Counted from the stretch's first letter, positions 34,913 through 43,177 are shown. The stretch: DNA of 64,000 bases from an uncultured Candidatus Actinomarina sp. (GCA_902566515.1 CACFIX010000002.1:19566-83565); one strand, 5' to 3'. Numbers and translations: made by a program. The notes: a model not told the origin generated them from the sequence alone.

Positions 34913-35824
34913 GTGAAATCATCTACGAACACACCATTACAGCCAACATTACTCCAAACCATTGTTGCTATTTTTATTGCTGCATTTATGTGGGGAATGG
35001 GCAATGTGTTATCTAGAAGTCTTCTCATAGAAGGTATTAACGAAATTTATCTTGTTACGGTAAGGGTTTGTTTGATTGGGTCTTTGTTATTTTTATATTA
35101 TGCCATTTTTATTAGAGAAGGATTTCAATCAACAATTTTTAAAGAAGCAACCATAACGGGGTTCTTTTCTGTGTTTTCAATTAGTTGGTTTTTTATATTT
35201 GCACTTCAATATATTTCTTCGGGTCTTGTGACCCTTCTCATAAGTTCCGCACCAGTATTTACTGTAATTTGGATAAAGCTACTTTTAAAGGATGAAGAGA
35301 TTTCAAAAACTAGATACTTAGCAATACTTGTAGGTTTTGCAGGTATTGCATATTTATTTTTAAGACAGGAAACTGGGCTTTTAGATGAAGGAAGCATACT
35401 CCTTGGAGGAACGTTGGCGTTTTTTGGAGTTCAGTGTATTTCATTGGCAACAGTGTTAAATAGAAAGTACGCACCCAAATACAAAGTTGCTACCTGGTTG
35501 AGCTACCAGTATCCATTGATGATTGTTGCATCATTAATTGCATATATATTTTTTGATATTGAGGCAGAAACATTAAACCTATCTCAAGCTTTGAGAATAG
35601 CTGCTTTAGTTATCGCAAACTTAAGTGCATTTACAGCTTTTACTTGGTTAATAAGAAGGGTTAGTGCACTGCAAGTTGCTTCTGTTGACTATCTAGTGCC
35701 TATTATTGGAGTGACTGCAGGTGTAGTATTTTTAGGTGAATCTTTTAATACAAATATTTTTATTGCGGGAGTTTTTATTTTTATTTCACTGTTGCTAAAT
35801 ACTAAGGAAGAATTTTCAAGTTAA
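34913..35824 (+). CDS. EamA/DMT family transporter
   Basis: Ten TM segments in two EamA repeats. Start moved to GTG 34913 because ORF-track residues 1-52 are the reverse complement of the TPP riboswitch. 'tagtat' sits 7 nt upstream of the GTG, so the transcript may be leaderless. Confidence 0.7.
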   Translation: MKSSTNTPLQPTLLQTIVAIFIAAFMWGMGNVLSRSLLIEGINEIYLVTVRVCLIGSLLFLYYAIFIREGFQSTIFKEATITGFFSVFSISWFFIFALQYISSGLVTLLISSAPVFTVIWIKLLLKDEEISKTRYLAILVGFAGIAYLFLRQETGLLDEGSILLGGTLAFFGVQCISLATVLNRKYAPKYKVATWLSYQYPLMIVASLIAYIFFDIEAETLNLSQALRIAALVIANLSAFTAFTWLIRRVSALQVASVDYLVPIIGVTAGVVFLGESFNTNIFIAGVFIFISLLLNTKEEFSS

Positions 35825-36394
35825 ATTAAGTTCTTCCTTTACTTTTTTTAGATCTTGCCATGTTAGCCATTTAGGTTTACCTTTTTCTCTTGACGGGTTT
35901 CGAAGTAAGTAAGATGGATGAAAAATAGGCATATATTTAATACCATCTTTTATTATCCATTCCCCTCTAATTTTTGATATTGGTTCAGTCACTTGAAGAT
36001 AAGATTCTACAGCAGTTGAACCTGCCAGTACAATAACTTTTGGTTGAATAAGTCCAATTTGTTTTTCTAACCAAGGGATACATTCAGATACTTCATTTTT
36101 GTGTGGCTTTCTATTACTCGGCGGTCTGCATTTAACAATATTTGAAATGTAACAATCTTTGTTTGTATCAATGCCAACTGATAAAAATGCTGAATCTAAC
36201 ATTTTTCCAGCCCTTCCAACAAAAGCAATACCTTGTTCATCTTCTTGTTGACCTGGCCCCTCACCTATTACAAACAGCTTTGAGTTTGGATTTCCTCGAC
36301 CAAAAACTACATTTTTTCGTGTTAAAGATAGAGAACATTTCTTACATTCAATGCATTTACTATTTAAAGCTTGAAATTTTATTTGATTAGCCAT
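35816..36394 (-). CDS. uracil-DNA glycosylase, family 4
   Basis: 'CIECKKC' Fe-S Cys cluster, 'GEGPGQQEDEQGIAFVGRAGKML', 'HPSYLLRN'. Confidence 0.85.
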   Translation of the reverse strand: MANQIKFQALNSKCIECKKCSLSLTRKNVVFGRGNPNSKLFVIGEGPGQQEDEQGIAFVGRAGKMLDSAFLSVGIDTNKDCYISNIVKCRPPSNRKPHKNEVSECIPWLEKQIGLIQPKVIVLAGSTAVESYLQVTEPISKIRGEWIIKDGIKYMPIFHPSYLLRNPSREKGKPKWLTWQDLKKVKEELNLT

Positions 36395-36431
36395 TTTATA
36401 AAAATACTAGCCATTTTTTGTTAAATGAACA

Positions 36432-36460
36432 CCCAAGGATATTTAGTTCCTTGGGATTTT
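36432..36460 (+). terminator. perfect 8-bp GC-containing hairpin followed by a T-run, with no obvious cognate gene
   Basis: cccaagga-tatttagt-tccttggg followed by atttt. Lies 38 nt upstream of the udg start, on the opposite strand. Confidence 0.35.
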
Positions 36461-36570
36461 GTATACCAACAAATTTGGGAGCGTTTGTTTTAATAACTTA
36501 ATTTATTTTCTACTAGAGTGTTAAATTTTTAGTAAACAGATTTTAAACAATAAGAAACTTTTCGAACAGA

Positions 36571-36633
36571 TATAAAACGAGAAAACCCTTGAAAACTCCG
36601 CAATCTGTTTCCAGATTTCCTGCCTCAAGGGTT
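36571..36633 (-). terminator. terminator-like structure downstream of cbiM/nikM
   Basis: On the minus strand, aacccttga...(31 nt with an inner atctg/cagat stem)...tcaagggtt is followed by ttttctcgtttta. Confidence 0.4.
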
Positions 36634-36727
36634 ATCTCTTATTACTTCTTGTAATGATTATCTATAAAGATTTTCTTCACAAAAAGTACTTTCAATATAT
36701 ACCTCTAAATAATAGAAATCAAAAAAA

Positions 36728-37666
36728 TTATGTGGAATTTTTCCCACTCTCACGTCTCTTCATAAACATAGCTGTAATAATTGCTATCGTTGCAATCCCA
36801 AGCAAAGCACTCAGAAATGTCGATACAAAATTATTATTGATAGTGCTTATTCCGTAATCTTCAAGTAAAAGTACTATGCCATCTGTTTCCTGAAACCCGA
36901 ATTCTTCAGCAACAGATTCTAGGCCATCTGGGGAAGAGGATGCAAATGGTGTAATTAGACTCAGTAATAAAATCAACATAATGAACAATCCATAAAAAGA
37001 AACAGCTGTTGTGTTTTTATCTTCTCTATCGTAAGCGTATATAAGATCTGGTCGAACCCTTATTAGTAATCCAACAATTAGAGCTGTGATTACTCCTTCG
37101 CCAAATCCAATTAGAAAGTGAACTGAGATCATTGCTATTAAGACTGTCCCCACCGGTATTGATATAGTTCCACCTAATATGTACTGAACCATAAATGCAA
37201 TTGATGAAAAAACAACACTAACAATTCCAGACAAAACGCTGACAATTATTAATGACGAAGAGGTTTTGCCAATAAACTTTATCCAATATTTCACGACGAC
37301 CCAGGCAGTTACAGAGGTTACAATGGCCATATTCATCACATTTATTCCCAACGCGCTTAGTCCACCATCTGCAAATAGAAGAGACTGAATTATTACAACT
37401 ACTGAAAGACAGATTAAACCAAGCCTAGGCCCAAGAACTATGACAGCTAAAGCTCCTCCTAACAGATGGCCACTAGTTCCTGCGGCAACAGGAAAATTTA
37501 TCATTTGTAAAACAAAAATTAGGGCAGTCATCATTCCAGTAAGAGCAATAAATTTATCAGCTATTAAGGAACTTGCAGATCTTATGTATGCCCATAAAGT
37601 TCCAAAGCTAATAACTCCCGTTGCTGCTGACACAGAAGCATTTATAAATCCGTCAGGTACATGCAT
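36728..37666 (-). CDS. CbiM/NikM-type metal (Ni/Co) transporter S-component fused to a PDGLE domain
   Basis: N-terminal 'MHVPDGF' metal-binding start typical of CbiM/NikM, multiple TM segments, and 'SSSPDGLESVAEEFGF' (PDGLE domain) plus a final TM segment. Confidence 0.8.
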   Translation of the reverse strand: MHVPDGFINASVSAATGVISFGTLWAYIRSASSLIADKFIALTGMMTALIFVLQMINFPVAAGTSGHLLGGALAVIVLGPRLGLICLSVVVIIQSLLFADGGLSALGINVMNMAIVTSVTAWVVVKYWIKFIGKTSSSLIIVSVLSGIVSVVFSSIAFMVQYILGGTISIPVGTVLIAMISVHFLIGFGEGVITALIVGLLIRVRPDLIYAYDREDKNTTAVSFYGLFIMLILLLSLITPFASSSPDGLESVAEEFGFQETDGIVLLLEDYGISTINNNFVSTFLSALLGIATIAIITAMFMKRRESGKNST

Positions 37667-37691
37667 AAGATAAGTTTAGAAAAGGAATAAA

Positions 37692-37714
37692 TTATTGCAA
37701 ATTATTTGCAATAA
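37692..37714. promoter_or_regulatory. perfect 10-nt inverted repeat with TTGCAA-N5-TTGCAA core (Nur-box-like operator, or hairpin)
   Basis: ttattgcaaa-tta-tttgcaataa. TTGCAA lies at 37695-37700 and 37706-37711. It sits 26 nt upstream of the cbiM/nikM ATG (37666) and just after the stop of the hydrolase gene (37717). Confidence 0.5.
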
Positions 37715-37716
37715 GA

Positions 37717-38457
37717 TTAAATTATCTGTTTTTCCCTTAACCATCTGTGTAGCTCACTCAACACAAATGGCCTAGTATCTTGATTTAGAATTTCATGCTT
37801 TGAATTTTCTACAGTTATAAACTCTACATTCTCCAATTGTTTAATACCATTCGACGCTTTAATTGGAACGATAGTATCATTTTCTCCGTGAAATAAAATT
37901 GTCGGTGTACTCAAGTTTTCAATATTATTATTTACAAATGTCTGGTTATCAATCAATTCTTTACCATATCTTGCAGTAACTGAGCGAAAAACAAGAGGAT
38001 CCTGAAAATAATCTTCAACAACTTCTTTATCTGTTGAGAGATTTTTTTTACTGACAGATGATGGAAACCTAAATTTTGGAGCTATTTTTGAAATTACGAT
38101 TGATAGTTTTTTTACTACGTTTGGATAATTGTCATCTAATGTAGGTGCTGAAAGAATTAAGTAATCGGGGTCGAGTAGCCCACTTAGTATAGAATATAAT
38201 GCAACTTGTCCACCAAAAGAGTGACCAAACAAAATTTTTGTTTCACAATGCTCAATTTTTTTAAAAGAGGTTTGTAATACACTATCAACCTCTTCCCAAG
38301 AACTAATATCTCCTTTGATTAAAGCATTTTCTCCATGACCTGGTAAATCAACAAGGTGTGATTCGATACCAAGTTTTTCGAACCATTCTTTGTTGAGTCT
38401 ATGTCTTTCTTTGTGTTCAAAAAAACCGTGAAATAATATCAGTCCAGTTTTACTCAT
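37717..38457 (-). CDS. alpha/beta hydrolase (lysophospholipase / monoglyceride lipase-like)
   Basis: 'HGFFEH', nucleophile elbow 'GHSFGG', C-terminal 'HGENDTIV' and 'KHEILN'. Confidence 0.75.
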   Translation of the reverse strand: MSKTGLILFHGFFEHKERHRLNKEWFEKLGIESHLVDLPGHGENALIKGDISSWEEVDSVLQTSFKKIEHCETKILFGHSFGGQVALYSILSGLLDPDYLILSAPTLDDNYPNVVKKLSIVISKIAPKFRFPSSVSKKNLSTDKEVVEDYFQDPLVFRSVTARYGKELIDNQTFVNNNIENLSTPTILFHGENDTIVPIKASNGIKQLENVEFITVENSKHEILNQDTRPFVLSELHRWLREKQII

Positions 38458-38482
38458 TCTAGTTATTAATTATATAGAATAA

Positions 38483-39208
38483 TTGATAATGTATTTGGAC
38501 TTCATCAAAACACCATTTAACAACAATCCTTCAATGCAAAAATATTCAGGCAGTCTGATTAGTGAAACACCCAGGAGAAGTTATCTTGAACAAAAAATAA
38601 ACCAAGTTGCTTTATACGGAAGCGATCTATATGGTGAAACAGAATTATTTCAACGATTAAACTTACTTGAAAAAGTTGAAGAAAAATTAAAAATTAATAA
38701 AAACAACTCTTTAAAAGATCTATCTTTTCAAATAGAAGAAGACATTGCTGTAATGCATAAAGGAAAACTAGAAGCAATAAGTTTTGTATTCCCAAGCGGC
38801 TGGATACCTTCAAAAGCTTTAGGGAGAAATTTTTCATTTTTACATAAACCTGTTGCAGACAATGAACTACTTATGAAATCAAGTGATAAATTAACAGAAT
38901 ATATGTGCAAAAATACAATCCAAAGGTGGGTTTGGAATGTAACTACAATTAAAGCATTAAGTAATCATCCAGAAGTAGCGAGACCTGAAGTTGTAAGTTT
39001 TGAAAATTTATTCTTTCGACTTGAATCACAAATATCTACACCACTAGATGCCAACACAAGCTTGTTTCTAGTTTTAGTTGAAGTATATCCATTAAGTGAA
39101 GTCTGGGAATCTACTATTTTAGATAGCATTAACTCTATGAGTGAAAGTATTCTGAGTTATAAAAAACTAACAGATATAAAAAAGTATTTAAATAGTTTAA
39201 AATTCTAA
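38483..39208 (+). CDS. DUF3445-like protein (heme-dependent oxidative N-demethylase alpha-subunit-like family)
   Basis: 'EEDIAVMHKGKLEAISFVFPSGWIPSKALGRNFSFLHKPV' fits the DUF3445 core as I recall it. Confidence 0.45.
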   Translation: MIMYLDFIKTPFNNNPSMQKYSGSLISETPRRSYLEQKINQVALYGSDLYGETELFQRLNLLEKVEEKLKINKNNSLKDLSFQIEEDIAVMHKGKLEAISFVFPSGWIPSKALGRNFSFLHKPVADNELLMKSSDKLTEYMCKNTIQRWVWNVTTIKALSNHPEVARPEVVSFENLFFRLESQISTPLDANTSLFLVLVEVYPLSEVWESTILDSINSMSESILSYKKLTDIKKYLNSLKF

Positions 39209-39213
39209 TACGG

Positions 39214-39621
39214 ATGAATTATGTATATATTGCAGGACCATTATTTGATGATCACGAGAGAAATTATTTAGAAAGTATCGCGGAAATATTTGAAACTAGG
39301 GGGTACAAAACTTTTTTGCCTCATCGAGATGCAGGTGTTGTTTCAGGTGTATATACACAAGAAGAAAAGAAAAAAATTTTTACAACAGACCTAAATGCGT
39401 TGAAGAAAGCAGACATAGTGGTCGCATTATTAACTGGAAGAGATGTAGATTCTGGGACTGCAGCTGAAGTTGGTTACGCATTCGCGAACAATAAACAATT
39501 AATTGGTATTGATGCAAATAATGTAAAATTTTTAAACATTTTTATTTGGGGACTAATGGATAATGGTAACAAAATAGTAAAAAACCTAAGTGATTTAGAG
39601 AGACATTTAGATGAAAAATAG
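39214..39621 (+). CDS. nucleoside 2-deoxyribosyltransferase family protein
   Basis: 'YIAGPLF', 'ADIVVALL' and 'DSGTAAEVGYAFA' match the Nuc_deoxyrib_tr signature. Confidence 0.7.
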   Translation: MNYVYIAGPLFDDHERNYLESIAEIFETRGYKTFLPHRDAGVVSGVYTQEEKKKIFTTDLNALKKADIVVALLTGRDVDSGTAAEVGYAFANNKQLIGIDANNVKFLNIFIWGLMDNGNKIVKNLSDLERHLDEK

Positions 39622-39808
39622 ATATATAAATATTTTTATAGTTTTCTTTTTCTCAGGAACAATTGTCAGTTTAATTTTTAGATTGATTGACTATGTTTTG
39701 TTTAGAAACTCTGAATTCAATCTATCTAATTGGTCTTATTCAAATTCAATACTTTTTATATTGGCACTTTTTATAACTTATTCATGGATAAGAAAGAATA
39801 AAACTTAA
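39611..39808 (+). CDS. small membrane protein (2 TM)
   Basis: 65 aa with two hydrophobic segments. Overlaps the preceding gene by 11 nt. No family. Confidence 0.35.
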   Translation: MKNRYINIFIVFFFSGTIVSLIFRLIDYVLFRNSEFNLSNWSYSNSILFILALFITYSWIRKNKT

Positions 39809-39872
39809 TATTTAAATCCTGTTTTTAAATCGGATAAATCTTTTTCTGTCTTCAAGATATAATTTTATTACC

Positions 39873-41117
39873 ATGAAAAAAGTTATAGTTGTTGGAGCAG
39901 GATTTGGTGGTTTAAATTTCATTAGAAATGCAAGTTCAAATAAAGAGATTGAATTTACTTTAATAGATAAGCAAAATCATCATCTATTTCAACCTCTCTT
40001 GTATCAAGTTGCAACAGCTGTTTTATCACCTGCAAATATTGCTTTTCCAATTAGAAGAATGTTTAAAAAATCCAAAAATGTAAAAGTAGTCTTAGGTGAG
40101 GTTACCTCTGTTGATAGGGATAAGAAGAATGTGGAATTAGATTCAGGTATTAATTTAAGTTATGATCAGTTGGTCATTGCAACTGGCTCACTTCATTCAT
40201 ACTTTGGGAATGATAGCTGGTCTAATTATTCTCAAGGGCTCAAAGGTATAAACGACGCTTTAGTAATTAGAGAAAATCTTTTAAAGGCTTTCGAAAAAGC
40301 TGAAAATGAATTAGATAATGAAATCAAACAAGAGTATTTAAATTTTGTTGTTATTGGAGGTGGTCCAACAGGAGTTGAGATGGCTGGGTCCATTGCTGAG
40401 ATAGCATATAAAAATTTAAATAAAGAATTCGAAAACTTTGACTCCGATGATCCTAATGTATATTTAATTGAAGCAAACAGTAAGTTACTTCCAATGTTCA
40501 GCAATAAATTATCAGAAAAAACAGAAAAATATTTATCCGACTTCGGTGTCCAAGTACTTAAAGACGAGAAAGTAGAAAATGTCAATAATCATATCGTTCA
40601 AACTAATAAACAAGTTATAAAATCTAGAAATATTATATGGGCTGCAGGAAATGAAGCCTCTCCATTGATTAGTAAGTTAAACACAATTACCGACGATTAT
40701 GGAAGAGCAATTGTTGATCCAGATTGTTCATTAAAAGAAGACCCTGATGTTTTTGTATTAGGTGATGCAGCAAATCATAAAGATTTAAAAAATAATTCTT
40801 TACCAGGCATTGCGCCCGTAGCTATTCAGCAGGGAAAGTATGTCGCTAAAATTGTAAAAAACAAAATTTTAAAAATTGATAGAAAGCCATTTAAATTCTC
40901 TGACAAAGGCATGATGGCAACTGTTGGCAAATATAAAGCTGTTGGAAAGATTGGAAACATTGAAGTATCAGGCTTTATAGCCTGGATTGTTTGGAGTGTA
41001 ATTCATATTGTCTATTTAATTGGTTATCGATCTAAATTGTTAGTAGTTATTGAATGGATATTTTCCTACTTGTTTAACAAAAAGGGAACAAGATTAATTT
41101 ACAGAGAAGAAGTGTGA
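39873..41117 (+). CDS. ndh: type II NADH dehydrogenase (NDH-2)
   Basis: 'VVVGAGFGGL', 'HHLFQPLLYQVAT', second Rossmann 'VVIGGGPTGVEMAG', 'VLGDAA'. Confidence 0.85.
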   Translation: MKKVIVVGAGFGGLNFIRNASSNKEIEFTLIDKQNHHLFQPLLYQVATAVLSPANIAFPIRRMFKKSKNVKVVLGEVTSVDRDKKNVELDSGINLSYDQLVIATGSLHSYFGNDSWSNYSQGLKGINDALVIRENLLKAFEKAENELDNEIKQEYLNFVVIGGGPTGVEMAGSIAEIAYKNLNKEFENFDSDDPNVYLIEANSKLLPMFSNKLSEKTEKYLSDFGVQVLKDEKVENVNNHIVQTNKQVIKSRNIIWAAGNEASPLISKLNTITDDYGRAIVDPDCSLKEDPDVFVLGDAANHKDLKNNSLPGIAPVAIQQGKYVAKIVKNKILKIDRKPFKFSDKGMMATVGKYKAVGKIGNIEVSGFIAWIVWSVIHIVYLIGYRSKLLVVIEWIFSYLFNKKGTRLIYREEV

Positions 41118-41135
41118 ACTCTTTTTAAAAAAGTA

Positions 41136-41178
41136 GTGGGCCTAGTTAGATTTGAACTAACGACCTCATCCTTATCAG
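41136..41178. repeat. 43-nt direct repeat: displaced copy of the 3' half of tRNA-Ile (att-like site)
   Basis: gtgggcctagttagatttgaactaacgacctcatccttatcag is identical to 42941-42983. Confidence 0.9.
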
Positions 41179-41393
41179 AGATTTAACATAGCATACGGAT
41201 ACCTATGAAGTCATATGGCTAATTTGGCTCCAATATTTTTAGGCTCTTATGAAAGCATCTCAAAACATATGGAGACATATGAACAAAACTTGATTCAAAA
41301 AGAGGGGGAAAAGAGGGGATATTATTCTGTCTTATGAAATTTTTAAAATGTATTAATGGGTTATTAAGGTAAAAATTACTTAAAATAGAAACA

Positions 41394-42227
41394 ATGTCAA
41401 AAGAAATAAAAATCGAAAAGCCAAGAGTATTTTTTAATTCTACTTCTCCAGTCAGTACACAAATTATTAAAGGGGACTGCTTCACGGCAATGGATAAAAT
41501 GATAAAGGAAGAGAAAAAATTCGATATGATTTTTGCTGACCCACCTTATTTCTTAAGTAATGGAGGAATCACTTGTCAATCGGGAAAGATGGTCAAGGTT
41601 GACAAAGGAGATTGGGATGCATCTCAAGGTCCTGAACTAAACCATGAATTTAATTCTGAGTGGCTTAGAAGGTGTCGAGATTTGCTAGCTGATCACGGTA
41701 CATTATGGGTAAGCGGAACAATGCATGTAATCTACAGTGTTGGTTTTGCAATGCAGCAATTAGAAATGAAGATTCTTAATAATGTAACCTGGCAAAAACC
41801 TAATCCACCCCCACATCTAGCAGGTAGATACTTTACTCATTCAACAGAGACTCTTTTGTGGGCTCGCAAGGACGAGAAAGCAAAACATAAATATAATTAT
41901 TCGCTTATGAAAGAGGAAAATGGCGGAAAACAGTTAAAGGATGTATGGACTTTTACAGCACCTAAAAAATCAGAAAAAACAGAGGGCAAACATCCAACCC
42001 AAAAACCACTAATTTTATTAGACCGAATTATTAGAGCATCAACTGATGAAGGATCAACAATACTTGATCCCTTTTTAGGCAGTGGAACAACATCTGTTGC
42101 AGCACTTCTTAACGGGAGAAATTCAGTTGGTATAGAACAAGATGAAGAATACTGTGAGTTGTCTAAAAAAAGAATTCAGTGGGCTAAAAAAGAATTAAAC
42201 AAACCAAAACAAGAAGGCCTATTCTAA
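41394..42227 (+). CDS. DNA N6-adenine methyltransferase, beta class, DpnA (M2.DpnII)-like
   Basis: Motif IV 'IFADPPYFLSNGGI' precedes motif I 'ILDPFLGSGTT'. 'DKGDWD', 'HEFN', 'KILNNVTWQKPNPPP', 'RYFTHSTETLLWARK' and 'GKHPTQKP' closely follow DpnA as I remember it. Confidence 0.9.
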   Translation: MSKEIKIEKPRVFFNSTSPVSTQIIKGDCFTAMDKMIKEEKKFDMIFADPPYFLSNGGITCQSGKMVKVDKGDWDASQGPELNHEFNSEWLRRCRDLLADHGTLWVSGTMHVIYSVGFAMQQLEMKILNNVTWQKPNPPPHLAGRYFTHSTETLLWARKDEKAKHKYNYSLMKEENGGKQLKDVWTFTAPKKSEKTEGKHPTQKPLILLDRIIRASTDEGSTILDPFLGSGTTSVAALLNGRNSVGIEQDEEYCELSKKRIQWAKKELNKPKQEGLF

Positions 42228-42845
42228 ATTTCCAAAAAGCACATAATTACTTGGGAAAAAGTTAAAATGTTTAATTTTATTGTTATCAAGATATTCCAAA
42301 GTATCTAAATAAACACTTTTATTTTTTCTATTGCCGGCTTTTTCACCTATCTCAGTGTCTTTATAGACTTTGTCAGTATAAAACCAGTCACTTAAAACAA
42401 ATAAATACTCGAATTCATAGTCATTAAGTGAATTACTTTTTGAAAGAATTTTTTTGTAATATTCTATTTTAAAATTAAAAGACTGAAGTTTTTCATCAAC
42501 AGAACCAGGTGTTTTTTGATTTTTCATCTCCACCACAAAACACTTTTTTAAATTAAAGTTTATTACAAATGTGTCTGGCTTCCACATTTTATAAAAGTAA
42601 TCTCCCCAAAAAACATTCTCTTTTGACAATAGGTCGTTATACATTTGTTTTTCGAAATACACTTCTGCAATTAATTTATCTTGACCAAGTATTTTAAAAG
42701 GTTTATTTTTAGCTTTACTATCCGTATCTATAAATTCGTAACTTAAATTTGGGTCTTGACTTACAATATTTAAAAATGAATTCTTATTCTCAAAATCAAT
42801 CCCACTTTTGGCAGCAACATCACCGCCCTTACCGCCTTCTTTCAT
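42219..42845 (-). CDS. putative Type II restriction endonuclease (PD-(D/E)XK)
   Basis: 'KPDTFVINFNLKKCFVVEMK' gives a P-D ... E-x-K arrangement. Convergent with, and overlapping, the methyltransferase gene. No similarity to R.DpnII that I can see. Confidence 0.55.
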   Translation of the reverse strand: MKEGGKGGDVAAKSGIDFENKNSFLNIVSQDPNLSYEFIDTDSKAKNKPFKILGQDKLIAEVYFEKQMYNDLLSKENVFWGDYFYKMWKPDTFVINFNLKKCFVVEMKNQKTPGSVDEKLQSFNFKIEYYKKILSKSNSLNDYEFEYLFVLSDWFYTDKVYKDTEIGEKAGNRKNKSVYLDTLEYLDNNKIKHFNFFPSNYVLFGNLE

Positions 42846-42940
42846 AATTTTATTTTATTAAGAAAGAGGGGAAAGAGAGGGGGAATTGAACTTTTCTTGC
42901 ATTGTGCAAATGTGATTTCTGAAAAACCCTTATGACAATT

Positions 42941-42983
42941 GTGGGCCTAGTTAGATTTGAACTAACGACCTCATCCTTATCAG
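42941..42983. repeat. 43-nt direct repeat (within tRNA-Ile), partner of 41136-41178
   Basis: Identical 43-mer. Similarity continues as cag-N-gat and then breaks. Confidence 0.9.
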
Positions 42984-43016
42984 GGATGCGCTCTAACCAG
43001 GCTGAGCTATAGGCCC
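42942..43016 (-). tRNA. tRNA-Ile (anticodon GAU)
   Basis: Minus strand is GGGCCTATAGCTCAGCCTGGTTAGAGCGCATCCCTGATAAGGATGAGGTCGTTAGTTCAAATCTAACTAGGCCCA. It folds as a cloverleaf with loop CU-GAU-AA. No encoded CCA. Confidence 0.9.
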
Positions 43017-43104
43017 ATATGTCTAATTAACAATAGTCTATTAAAAGAAATATTTAAATTTTTTTTTCATTTACTCTCATATCAAGGGCATAATATTAAG
43101 GCGA

Positions 43105-43177
43105 GGGGATGTAGCTCAGCTGGAAGAGCACCTGCTTTGCAAGCAGGGGGTCGTGGGTTCAAGTCCCATCATCTCCA
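43105..43177 (+). tRNA. tRNA-Ala (anticodon UGC)
   Basis: GGGGATGTAGCTCAGCTGGAAGAGCACCTGCTTTGCAAGCAGGGGGTCGTGGGTTCAAGTCCCATCATCTCCA. The G3:U70 identity pair is present. Confidence 0.9.

Larger units (their letters stand above)
41136..42983. mobile_element. 1.85-kb tRNA-Ile-associated islet (no integrase) carrying a Type II R-M gene pair
   Basis: Bounded by perfect 43-nt direct repeats that run from the anticodon loop to the 3' end of tRNA-Ile(GAU). Contents are a methyltransferase and a PD-(D/E)XK nuclease, convergent with a 9-nt overlap. Confidence 0.6.

Noticed and set aside
36654-36857. 67-aa plus-strand ORF spanning the cbiM 3' end and the spacer.
   Set aside because: Most of it is antisense to the well-supported CbiM/PDGLE C-terminus, and it has no RBS or motif.
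41219-41485. 88-aa minus-strand ORF at the left end of the R-M islet. I considered it as a possible controller protein, excisionase or integrase remnant.
   Set aside because: It overlaps the methyltransferase start by 92 nt. It has no HTH, integrase or Xis motif that I can see, and its composition is typical of an antisense frame.
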